A stretch of DNA of 34,967 nt from an uncultured Iamiaceae bacterium (GTDB lineage Bacteria; Actinomycetota; Acidimicrobiia; Acidimicrobiales; DATDAH01): contig CAYTJS010000002.1 of the NCBI GenBank assembly GCA_964438115.1, positions 1 to 34,967 on the forward strand, given 5' to 3'. The notes beneath the pieces were generated by a model. It ran no database searches. It was not told where the DNA came from and worked only from the letters and a program-made list of their open reading frames with translations. Position numbers and translations under genes: made by a program. Below, in pieces: positions 24,596 through 32,985 of the stretch; the stretch's first letter is position 1; every line of letters starts with the position of its first letter.

Positions 24596-25917
24596 ACCGA
24601 CGGCACCTGGCACTCATCATGGGCGCCGCGCTCGTCGTCGCGGCCTGCGGCGCCCGCGGCGACGACGCGGCGCCCCAGCCGACCGACACGTCCGCCGGAG
24701 AGGAGGGTCCGACCGAGTCCGATCCCGGCGTCACCGACACCGAGATCCTGGTCGGCGCCTCCGTCACCCTGTCGGGCGTGACCGGCTTCCTCGGCGAGGA
24801 GATCGTGGCCGGCATCGACTCGGTCTTCCAGTCGGTCAACGCGGCCGGCGGCATCCAGGGGCGGGAGTTGCGGCTGATCACCTACGATCAGGGCGACGAC
24901 TCCAGCCAGCAACTGGCGAACATCCGCAGGCTCACCGAAGAGGACCAGGTGGTCGCGCTGGTCACGGGGATCGGCGACGGTGCCCTCGACTACGCGACCC
25001 AGCACGAGGTGCCCACGATCTCCTTCGGCGTCACGCCGGCGGCGTTCTCCTCGAGGTACCCGACCGTCTACCCCGTGGTCGGCAATGCGCTGTTGTGGAC
25101 CCAGGAGATCATCGCCGGCCTCGATGAGAACGGTGTCATCGAGCAGGGCGTCAGGGTCGCGATCCCCTACGACACCGGCCTGATCGACATCAGCCCGTAT
25201 CTGGATGCCATCACCGAGTCGTGGGAGAACTACGGCGCCGAGGTCGTCAGCACCGACGCCCTCTCCCTGGATTCGGGCACCTGCGAGCCGCAAGTGCTCA
25301 AGTGGCGGGACCTGGACGTGGACTGGGTCGACTTCCAGTCGGCGGGGTGGTTCCTCTGCGTCCAGGCCGCCGCCGACCAGGGGTGGAGGCCGGACAACGG
25401 CATGGGCGGCTGGCCGGCCAGCGTGCCCACGACCGCCTCACTCGCAGGTCCCTTCGTCGAGGGCGTGTGGGCCGGCTCCAACGGGGACCAACCCGACGGT
25501 TCTCCTCGGGAGCTCACCGACGCCCACCGGGAGTTCACCGCTGCTCTCGAGCAGTACTACCCGGAGATGCTCGGTGCCCAGCACCTGGACTCGCCGGCGC
25601 TGCTCGGCTACTACGCGGGCGCGGAGCTGCTGGTGGCCGCCATCGAGGCCCAGGGGGAGGTCATCACCCGCGCCGGGCTGAACGAGTGGATCCAGGGCGT
25701 CGAGGACTTCGACACCGGGATCACCCCTCCGATCAGGTCGATGGCGCCGGACTGCAAGACCGGATCGGAAGAGGTGTGGATCGGCCCCTGGACCTACGAC
25801 ACCGAGACTGCGACAGCAAGCCGCGAGCCGGTGGGCGGGTACTTCACCAGCCCCCAGAAGGAGGAGTTCGGCGGAGATTGCTTCCTCACCGAGCTGGCGG
25901 ACGAGATCTTGGGGTGA
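24592..25917 (+). CDS. Liv-type (type I periplasmic-binding-fold) substrate-binding lipoprotein
   Basis: ORF 24592..25917, with an ATGA overlap. Signal peptide with lipobox: LALIMGAALVVAAC. LivK-like core: ILVGASVTLSG...GGIQGRELRL..YDQGDD. Confidence 0.8.
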   Translation: MNRRHLALIMGAALVVAACGARGDDAAPQPTDTSAGEEGPTESDPGVTDTEILVGASVTLSGVTGFLGEEIVAGIDSVFQSVNAAGGIQGRELRLITYDQGDDSSQQLANIRRLTEEDQVVALVTGIGDGALDYATQHEVPTISFGVTPAAFSSRYPTVYPVVGNALLWTQEIIAGLDENGVIEQGVRVAIPYDTGLIDISPYLDAITESWENYGAEVVSTDALSLDSGTCEPQVLKWRDLDVDWVDFQSAGWFLCVQAAADQGWRPDNGMGGWPASVPTTASLAGPFVEGVWAGSNGDQPDGSPRELTDAHREFTAALEQYYPEMLGAQHLDSPALLGYYAGAELLVAAIEAQGEVITRAGLNEWIQGVEDFDTGITPPIRSMAPDCKTGSEEVWIGPWTYDTETATASREPVGGYFTSPQKEEFGGDCFLTELADEILG

Positions 25918-25980
25918 CCACGAGGCGTCGTCCTCGGGTCCTGTGGCCGCGGGTCGACGGACGAGCTCGGCCACGCGGTT

Positions 25981-25998
25981 GACGCCCCCGTCGGCGTC
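25981..25998. terminator. Hairpin GACGCC-cccgtc-GGCGTC between convergent genes
   Basis: Perfect 6-bp stem with a 6-nt loop, in the 126-nt gap between the binding-protein gene (+) and ACAD-3 (-). There is no U-tract. Confidence 0.2.
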
Positions 25999-26043
25999 GG
26001 GCACAACGGCCCGGGATGGACCCTGGGGCTGGCCTCAGTTCGT

Positions 26044-27303
26044 TCAGGTCTGCCTGCTCACCGCGAGGTCCCGGAACGGCACGTCCTTGTCGGCTCGAGG
26101 CTCGCGTGGCAGTCCGAGCACCCGCTCGCCGATGATGTTGCGCTGGATCTGGTCGGTGCCGCCACCGATGGAGATGAGGTAGCTGGAGAGCCCGACCGCA
26201 TGAACCCTCCCCCCGAAGGGGGCATCGCCGGCCCAGAGGGTGGCAGCGGGACCGCACAGGCGGAACAACGTGTCGCGCATGGTGCGCAGCAGATGCGAGG
26301 CGGCGAGCTTGCCGACCGACACCTCCGGACCGGGGCGCCGACCCCGTTCAACGGCGGCTCTCGCCCGCAGGTCGGTGTACCGGGCGATCTCGATCAGGCT
26401 GTAGATGACCGCCAACTCCTGACGCGCGATCGGGTCGTCGGCGCCGCCGTAGCGCTCGAGCACCGCGAACAACAGGTCGGCGGCTCCAGAGCCGCCGGCC
26501 CGCTCCGCGGGGCGCTCGTCTCGCACGAGGTCACCGGCCGGGACGTCGAGGTCGATCTGGCGGATCGCCGCGCTGGAACCTGAAGTCCCGAACGATCCAG
26601 CCCCGAGCATGGTCCGCTCGTTGGCCAGCGTGGTCAACGCCACCGACCAGCCCTCACCCAGACCGCCGATCTGGTTCGCGGCGGGGACGCGAGCATCGGT
26701 GAGGAAGACCTCGTTGAAGATCGACCGCCCGGTCATCTCCCGGATCGGCCGTACCTCGATGCCGGGCTGGTCCATGGCGATGACGAAGTAGCTCAGGCCG
26801 GCGTGCTTGGGCACATTGGGGTCGGTACGAGCAACCAGGATCCCGTACCGGGCGATGTGGGCACCCGACGTCCAGACCTTCTGGCCGTTGACCACCCACT
26901 CGTCACCGTCGCGCTCCGCCCTCGTCTGGAGTCCCGCCAGGTCGGAGCCCGCGCCCGGCTCGGAGAAGAGCTGGCACCAGATCTCTCCGGTGACGATCCC
27001 CGGGAGGAACCGGTCCTGCTGCTCTCGCGTGCCGTGGGCGACGATCGTCGGCCCGGCCAGGTTCTGGGCGATTCCGGCTGGCGGCGGCGCTACCCGTGCA
27101 TCACGTCGAGCGTCGGCCACCGCTCGGGCCGCGTCGACCGCCAGGCCCCGCCCATAGGTCCCTTCCGGCCACGTCGGGAACCCCCATCCCGACTCGGCGA
27201 GCCGCTCCCACCAGATCCGAAGCGGGAGGTTCGGATCCCAGTGCTCGTCGAACCACGCCTTGGCCTCGGCGTACACCGCGTCGACGGGAGCTCGCCTGGT
27301 CAT
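26044..27303 (-). CDS. Acyl-CoA dehydrogenase (ACAD paralog 3)
   Basis: ORF 26044..27303, 419 aa. Motifs: CQLFSEPGAGSDLAGLQTRAERDGDEWVVNGQKVWTS, C-terminal GGGTDQIQRNIIGERVLGLP. It closely parallels ACAD-2. Confidence 0.9.
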   Translation of the reverse strand: MTRRAPVDAVYAEAKAWFDEHWDPNLPLRIWWERLAESGWGFPTWPEGTYGRGLAVDAARAVADARRDARVAPPPAGIAQNLAGPTIVAHGTREQQDRFLPGIVTGEIWCQLFSEPGAGSDLAGLQTRAERDGDEWVVNGQKVWTSGAHIARYGILVARTDPNVPKHAGLSYFVIAMDQPGIEVRPIREMTGRSIFNEVFLTDARVPAANQIGGLGEGWSVALTTLANERTMLGAGSFGTSGSSAAIRQIDLDVPAGDLVRDERPAERAGGSGAADLLFAVLERYGGADDPIARQELAVIYSLIEIARYTDLRARAAVERGRRPGPEVSVGKLAASHLLRTMRDTLFRLCGPAATLWAGDAPFGGRVHAVGLSSYLISIGGGTDQIQRNIIGERVLGLPREPRADKDVPFRDLAVSRQT

Positions 27304-27535
27304 CGCTCGACGCGGTGAGCGCTCGGGCCCGGGCGAGAAGCAGCTCGCTCGGTACGCGCTCCGGGATCCCAGGAAATGCCGGAGGTCGGGGCCGGATCGA
27401 CGTGCGAGTCATCCGGGGGCGAGCCTGTCATCTTCGATCGTGTCAGCAACGTTGGCTCCAAAGTGCGGCACGTCCGCATGCCGGGACCACGGCAAGGTGG
27501 CGAGTAGCTGGACACAGTACACGCTCCGTCGCAAG

Positions 27536-27544
27536 TGCTATCAT
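27536..27544 (+). promoter_or_regulatory. Putative extended -10 promoter element TGc TATCAT for P450-2
   Basis: The TATCAT (TANNNT) hexamer at 27539-27544 is preceded by TGn, ~55 nt upstream of the ATG at 27599, in a locally AT-richer patch. Confidence 0.35.
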
Positions 27545-27598
27545 GAACCGCGCGGTACCGAGTGTGTACGACGCGAGATCGATCAACGGGGGGACCGG

Positions 27599-28816
27599 AT
27601 GACGACTGCTCAGGAAGTCCTCGACTGGGCGCGTGACTTCGACATCTTCGACCTTGGCTACATCGCCGAGCCGGAGCGCATGTGGCAGGAGCAGCGCGAA
27701 CGGTGCCCGATCGCGTTCACCGAGCGCCGTTCCCGTACCTGGCTCCCGGTCCGCTACGACGACATCGCCGACATCGCCCACGACGTCGAGCGCTTCTCGT
27801 CCAGCGACGTGGCCGTCGTGACCATCACCCCGCCCGAAGAGCGGGCCCTCACCGCCGGCGTCCCGCCGATCAGCTCCGACCCTCCGGTGCACACCTGGGC
27901 CCGCCGGTTGCTGCTCCCGGCATTCGGACCGTCGGCCGTCGCGGCGATGTCGCCGATCACGCAGCGCCTCGCCAACGAGCTGATCGATGACTTCGCACAC
28001 GTCGGCCGAGCCGATGCAGCCGTCGACTATGCCCAGCACATCCCGGTGCGGATCATCGCCACCATGCTGGGGATCCCGTTGGAGGACGAAGGTCGCTTCA
28101 CGGAATGGGTCGTCAGGACCCTACAGGAAGGCTTCCACAACATCCACGGCGCCCGCGAAGCGATCGACGAGCTGATCGTCTACTTCGCAGAACGTGTGGC
28201 CGAACACCGAGACACGCCCGAGGGCGAGCGACCGGACGACCTGCTGACCTTGCTGATCGAGTCCGAAATCGACGGCGAGCCGATCGAGGACATGCATCTC
28301 CTCGGCACCTGCTTCCTGCTCCTGGTTGCGGGCATCGACACGACCTGGAGCGCCATCGGATCGGGCCTCTGGCACCTCGCCGCCAATCCCGACGACCAGC
28401 ATCGCCTGCGCGAGGATCCGTCGTTGATGGACACCGCCGTCGAAGAGGTGCTGCGAATGTACAGCCCCGTGACCATGGCCCGGGCAGTCACCGAGGACAT
28501 CGAGTACAACGGCTGCCCGATGAAGGCCGGCGACAAGGTGCTCATGGCTTTCCCCGCCGGCAATCGCGACCCCGCGCAGTTCGAGCGAGCCGACGAGTTC
28601 GTCATCGACCGGAAGCAGAACCGCCACTTCGCATTCGGCTCCGGCATCCACCGATGCCTGGGTTCCAACCTCGCCCGCATGGAGCTGAAGGTGGCGCTCG
28701 AGGTCTTTCTCGAGCGGGTGCCGTTCTTCGAGCTCGAGGATCCCGAGAGGGTCACCTGGGTCGGTGGGCAGGTCCGAGGGCCGCGGAGCATCCCCATCGT
28801 CTTCAGCCCTGCCTGA
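27599..28816 (+). CDS. Cytochrome P450 monooxygenase (paralog 2)
   Basis: Lies within ORF 27260..28816. The ATG at 27599 follows GGGGGGA. Motifs: FGSGIHRCLG, LLLVAGIDTTW, EEVLR. By eye it is about two-thirds identical to P450-1. 405 aa. Confidence 0.92.
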   Translation: MTTAQEVLDWARDFDIFDLGYIAEPERMWQEQRERCPIAFTERRSRTWLPVRYDDIADIAHDVERFSSSDVAVVTITPPEERALTAGVPPISSDPPVHTWARRLLLPAFGPSAVAAMSPITQRLANELIDDFAHVGRADAAVDYAQHIPVRIIATMLGIPLEDEGRFTEWVVRTLQEGFHNIHGAREAIDELIVYFAERVAEHRDTPEGERPDDLLTLLIESEIDGEPIEDMHLLGTCFLLLVAGIDTTWSAIGSGLWHLAANPDDQHRLREDPSLMDTAVEEVLRMYSPVTMARAVTEDIEYNGCPMKAGDKVLMAFPAGNRDPAQFERADEFVIDRKQNRHFAFGSGIHRCLGSNLARMELKVALEVFLERVPFFELEDPERVTWVGGQVRGPRSIPIVFSPA

Positions 28817-28909
28817 ACGCCCCCCGCTGACGAGCTCGACCCCACCCAGGACGCCGGACGAGGCAGTCGCCGCGGGTCGTCGTCCGCTTCGTCGCCAGGA
28901 CCTCCGACA

Positions 28910-30058
28910 TCAGGCTCGCTGCAGGATGTGCACGACGCACACGGAGCCTGCGCCGGCCATGTGGCAGAGGCCGGTCCGCGCCTCGTCGACCTGCCGCCGT
29001 CCGGCCTGGCCCCGTAGCTGGTGGACCGTCTCATGGATCTGCGCAAGGCCCGTCGGTCCGCCCGGGTGGCCTCTCGCTGTGAGTCCGCCGTCGGTGCTGA
29101 AGGGGATCCGGCCACCGATGCTGGTCTCCCCGGCGGCGACCAGCGCGTCGCCCTCGCCGTCGTCGCAGATCCCGAGGAGCTCGTAGTACACCAGCTCCTC
29201 GACCGGAAAGGCGTCGTGGACCTGGACCAAGTCGAGATCCTCCGGCCCGACCCCGGCCTGTTCGTAGGCGGCGGCCGACGTGTCGCGTGTCATCTGCGCA
29301 GGGCCGATGACGGCGCCGAGGAACACATGACCCTCGGTGTAGGTCTCGGACCTCTGCTGTGAGGCCAGGACCTCGATCATCGGGCCGGCGAGCCGCCGGG
29401 CGACTTCTTCGCTGGCGACGATGGCCGCTGCGGCGCCGCCTCCGGCGGCGCACGCCATCTTCGAGGTGTGCGGGTGGGAGATCATCGTCGAGGCGAGGAC
29501 CTCTTCGACCGTCACCTCGTGGTCGGCGCGGCGCTGGGCCATCGGGTTGTGCCGGGCGTGGTTCCAGTTCTTTGCGGCGATGGCGGCGAAGGTCTCCGCG
29601 GTGGTACCGATGTCATGCATGCGCCGGGTGGCCCACATGGCGAAGAAGGCGGCCGGGAGCATGACGTCCTCAGCACCGAGCCCGCGGCGGCGTGACCGGC
29701 CGAGCCCACCCATGCGGTTCATGTCGTCGAAGCCGAGCGCCATCGCCACGTCGGTCCGCCCTCCGGCGACGGCGTGCACCGCCTCCCCGAACGCGCACGA
29801 ACCGGTGGCCGACGCGTTCTCGACGTGGGTGACCGGCAGGCCGGTGAGCCCGAACTCCTTGGCGATGTGCACGCCGGTGGTGATCCCGCCGCCGAGGTAG
29901 CCGTTGTAGAGCGCGCCGACCTCTGGGAACTCGATGCCGGCATCCTCGAGGGCGGCCATGCCGGCCACGTCGGCCATGTCGGCCACCGGGATGCCGTTGT
30001 CGTTGAACGGGTGCATCCCGACGCCGATCACATACACCGCCCGGCCGGGCAGGCTCAT
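28910..30058 (-). CDS. SCP2-thiolase-like (Ltp-type) thiolase-superfamily protein (third pair)
   Basis: ORF 28910..30058, 382 aa. Motifs: VYVIGVGMHPF, VENASATGS (Ser where SCPx has the nucleophilic Cys), HDAF, GGLTARGHPGG. Confidence 0.82.
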   Translation of the reverse strand: MSLPGRAVYVIGVGMHPFNDNGIPVADMADVAGMAALEDAGIEFPEVGALYNGYLGGGITTGVHIAKEFGLTGLPVTHVENASATGSCAFGEAVHAVAGGRTDVAMALGFDDMNRMGGLGRSRRRGLGAEDVMLPAAFFAMWATRRMHDIGTTAETFAAIAAKNWNHARHNPMAQRRADHEVTVEEVLASTMISHPHTSKMACAAGGGAAAAIVASEEVARRLAGPMIEVLASQQRSETYTEGHVFLGAVIGPAQMTRDTSAAAYEQAGVGPEDLDLVQVHDAFPVEELVYYELLGICDDGEGDALVAAGETSIGGRIPFSTDGGLTARGHPGGPTGLAQIHETVHQLRGQAGRRQVDEARTGLCHMAGAGSVCVVHILQRA

Positions 30059-30462
30059 CGGACCGACTCGAACCGGAACGTGACCAGCTCATTGCCCTCG
30101 TCGTCGATGCCGACGGGGAACAAGGTGAGCCCCATCTCCTCGCCGACGGACCAGTCGCCCGGGCTTCCCATCAGGGGGGCCTGGATCCGCACACCCTCCG
30201 GCAGGTCGACCTGCCCGACGGCATAGCCGCCGCCGTCGCCGAAGGAGACCCTTCCCATGCGGGGCACGTGCAGGAACGTCCATGCGTACAGCATTCCGAC
30301 CGGGCTGAGCTCGACATCCTCGACCGCCGTCCGGGTCACCGGGCAGCGCTTGCGGCGGGGCCAGAAGTGGAGCTCGGACGCCGGCGCATGGGAACCCAGC
30401 AGCCGTGGCCGCTCTTCGTCCTGCTCCGGCAGGCGGAACAGGTGCGGATCGGTGGCGATCAT
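30055..30462 (-). CDS. DUF35-like OB-fold protein with degenerate Zn-ribbon (third pair)
   Basis: ORF 30055..30465 begins at TTG, and the ATG at 30462 is the likelier start. GAGGAGGAG lies upstream. The OB-like C-terminus is retained, but only one Cys remains where the CxxC...CxxC ribbon sits in the other two DUF35 proteins. The stop overlaps the thiolase start. Confidence 0.65.
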   Translation of the reverse strand: MIATDPHLFRLPEQDEERPRLLGSHAPASELHFWPRRKRCPVTRTAVEDVELSPVGMLYAWTFLHVPRMGRVSFGDGGGYAVGQVDLPEGVRIQAPLMGSPGDWSVGEEMGLTLFPVGIDDEGNELVTFRFESVR

Positions 30463-30585
30463 CAACTGGTCTACTCCTCCTCGACGTGTCGACGAGCTCC
30501 GGCGCCTGTCGTCGGGTCGCCAGGCACGATACAGGTATCATCTCTTGTCTTGCGCAGGCGGGGGTGGCTGGTTCAGACTGCCGGC

Positions 30586-31425
30586 ATGTCGACACCGCTC
30601 TCGCCTGATCTGGTCGGCCTCGAGCTGCCGCCCGTCGCCACCTCCTGGGACGACAAGGACGTGATGCTCTATGCCCTGGGAGTGGGAGCCCGCCCGCCCG
30701 AGGACCTCGACCACGTGTACGAGGGCCGGGGACCTGTGGTGCTGCCCACCTACGGGGTGATCCCTGGCCTCATGGCCATGGGGTCCCTCGTCGGGCAGGT
30801 CGACATCGACCCAACGATGATCCTCCACGGCGAGCAGTCCATCGCCTGCCACCGCACCATCCCGCCGAAGGCGAACGTCGTCATCGCGGGGCGGATCAAC
30901 GAGGTGTGGGACAAGGGGAAGGCCGCCGTCATCGGTTTCGAGAGCACCGCACGCGATGACGACGGCGACCTGTTCACCGCGGCAGCCACGTTGTTCATCC
31001 GCGGCGCAGGAGGCTTCGGCGGTGACCGAGGACCATCGACCGCCGGCAGGAACGAGCCACCTGACCGCGAGCCCGACGTGGTCGTGCGGTACGAGACGCG
31101 GCCGGAGCAGGCAGCCATCTACCGACTGTCCGGCGATCGCAACCCGCTCCACATCGATCCGGCGTTCGCCGAGATGGCGGGCTTCGACGCTCCGTTCAAC
31201 CATGGCCTGTGCACGTTCGGCTTCGTCGGTCGGGCCGTGCTCGCCGGGGTCTTCGACGGTGACGTGGACCGGTTCGGCGCGCTCGAGGGCCGCTTCGCCG
31301 ACCAGGTCTGGCCTGAGGACGAGATCATCACGAAGATCTGGCGCGACGGCGCTGATGCGCTCGTCGAGGCCTCGACGCAGAAGGGGAACGTCGTGTTGAG
31401 CCAAGCCCGAGCGACACACCGGTGA
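30586..31425 (+). CDS. MaoC-like double hot-dog (R)-specific enoyl-CoA hydratase (hydratase-2 type)
   Basis: Lies within ORF 30268..31425, ATG at 30586. The hydratase-2 motif YRLSGDRNPLHIDPAFA is in the C-terminal half. 279 aa. No SD is visible, so the transcript may be leaderless. Confidence 0.82.
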   Translation: MSTPLSPDLVGLELPPVATSWDDKDVMLYALGVGARPPEDLDHVYEGRGPVVLPTYGVIPGLMAMGSLVGQVDIDPTMILHGEQSIACHRTIPPKANVVIAGRINEVWDKGKAAVIGFESTARDDDGDLFTAAATLFIRGAGGFGGDRGPSTAGRNEPPDREPDVVVRYETRPEQAAIYRLSGDRNPLHIDPAFAEMAGFDAPFNHGLCTFGFVGRAVLAGVFDGDVDRFGALEGRFADQVWPEDEIITKIWRDGADALVEASTQKGNVVLSQARATHR

Positions 31426-32912
31426 GCGTGCACCCCCGGACGCCGGTCCTGGTGGGCGTCGGGCAGGTCACGAACCGCAGCGAAGCGATGGTCGACCCGA
31501 TCACCCTCGCGGCCGAGGCCACCCGAGCGGCGATGGCCGACGCGAGCGGGCGGATCCAGCCGGACACGATCGCGATGCCCGGGACCCTGGCTCCTCGCAC
31601 CCAGAACCCGGCACGGCACCTGGCGGTCGAGCTCGGCCTCGAGGTGAGGCGTCATCTGTCCTCGACTATCGGCGGGAACACCCCGCAATGGCTCGTCGGG
31701 GTGCTCGGCGCCGACATCGTCGCCGGCCGGTGCGACGCTGCGGTTATCGCGGGGGCGGAAGCGGGCGCATCGGCCCGGCGGGCTCGGGAGCAGGGCGTCG
31801 AGTTCCTGACGCCGGGCGCCGTGGAGGGTGAGGACACCGAGATCGGCGACCAACGGTTCGGGGCGTCGCCGCTGGAGTTGGCCGCGGGGCTCGCGCCTCC
31901 GCCGTTCCTGTACCCGATCCTCGAGTCCGCCGTGGCCCACCAGGCGGGGCGCACGCTGGACCAGCAGCGACAGTTCCTTGGCACCTTCATGGCCCCGGCC
32001 ACCCGGGTGGCCGCGTCGCATCCGGACCTGGCCTGGTTCCCTGCCGCCGCCTCTGCGGAGGAGCTGGCCGAGCCGAGTGCGGGCAACCGGATGATCGCCG
32101 AGCCCTACACGAAACGCATGAACGCGATCATTGAGGTCGACCAGGCCGCAGCGTTGATCCTCTGCTCGGCGGAGGCCGCCGATCGGGCCGGAGTCCCCCG
32201 GGAACGGTGGGTCTTCCCGCTCGGTGTCGCCGACCTCAACGACGTCTTCTATCCCGTTCAGCGTCCGGAGCTGCACCGCTCGCCCGCCATCGAAGCCGCA
32301 GGCCGCGCGCTGTTCGAGGGCGTGGGCATCGGAGTCGACGACATCTCCCGCTTCGACCTCTACTCCTGCTTCCCGGTCGCCGTCGAGGTGTCCGCCACCG
32401 CGCTGGGCATCGATCTCGCCGACGAGCGGCCGTTCTCCGTGACGGGCGGGCACGCGTACTTCGGCGGACCCGGGAACAACTACACCACCCACAGCATTGC
32501 GATGCTGGCAACTCAGCTGCGGGAAGACCCGGGGGCCATCGGGCTGACCACGGGCTTGGGCTGGTACGTCACCAAACACTCGATCGGCCTGTGGAGCACT
32601 CGGCCTCCGGCCCGTGGGTTCGTCACGCCGGACCTGGCCGGGGCGCAGGAGCGCATCGACGCCACCTCCCTGGCGCTGGACACCATCCCCACCGAGGGCG
32701 ACGCCATCGTCGACGGGTGGACCATCCTGCACGGGCGCGAGCACGGCCCGGAAGCCATCGTCGCGTATGTGCAGACCGCCGATCGCCGACGCCTCGTGGT
32801 CCGCAATGACGACGCCTCGACCGCCCGGGACCTGTCAGGCGGCACGCTGATCGGCACCACGGTGCGCGTCGTCCCGCAGGCGGATGGCCCCCCGAGCTTC
32901 CGCCTCACGTGA
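31422..32912 (+). CDS. Thiolase-like protein with extra C-terminal beta-barrel-like domain (TLP1-like architecture)
   Basis: ORF 31422..32912 (GTG, with a GTGA overlap to the hydratase), 496 aa. It has a thiolase-fold core (VLVGVGQV..., GGHAYFGGPGNNY) plus a ~95-aa tail ending GTTVRVVPQADGPPSFRL, which resembles the DUF35 OB halves in this window. Confidence 0.65.
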   Translation: MSVHPRTPVLVGVGQVTNRSEAMVDPITLAAEATRAAMADASGRIQPDTIAMPGTLAPRTQNPARHLAVELGLEVRRHLSSTIGGNTPQWLVGVLGADIVAGRCDAAVIAGAEAGASARRAREQGVEFLTPGAVEGEDTEIGDQRFGASPLELAAGLAPPPFLYPILESAVAHQAGRTLDQQRQFLGTFMAPATRVAASHPDLAWFPAAASAEELAEPSAGNRMIAEPYTKRMNAIIEVDQAAALILCSAEAADRAGVPRERWVFPLGVADLNDVFYPVQRPELHRSPAIEAAGRALFEGVGIGVDDISRFDLYSCFPVAVEVSATALGIDLADERPFSVTGGHAYFGGPGNNYTTHSIAMLATQLREDPGAIGLTTGLGWYVTKHSIGLWSTRPPARGFVTPDLAGAQERIDATSLALDTIPTEGDAIVDGWTILHGREHGPEAIVAYVQTADRRRLVVRNDDASTARDLSGGTLIGTTVRVVPQADGPPSFRLT

Positions 32913-32985
32913 GCAACGCACGCAGGTGGCGGCCGTTGTCACCGTCGGGGAAGTCGGGTGGAGCCGCCGCCGAGCGGTCCGAAAC

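Noticed and set aside
27446-27453. CAACGTTG palindrome in the ACAD-3/P450-2 divergent region, considered as a KstR-like box.
   Set aside because: KstR boxes have the form TnnAACnnGTTnnA, with a 2-nt centre. Here AAC and GTT are contiguous and the flanks do not match. An 8-bp palindrome alone is not significant.
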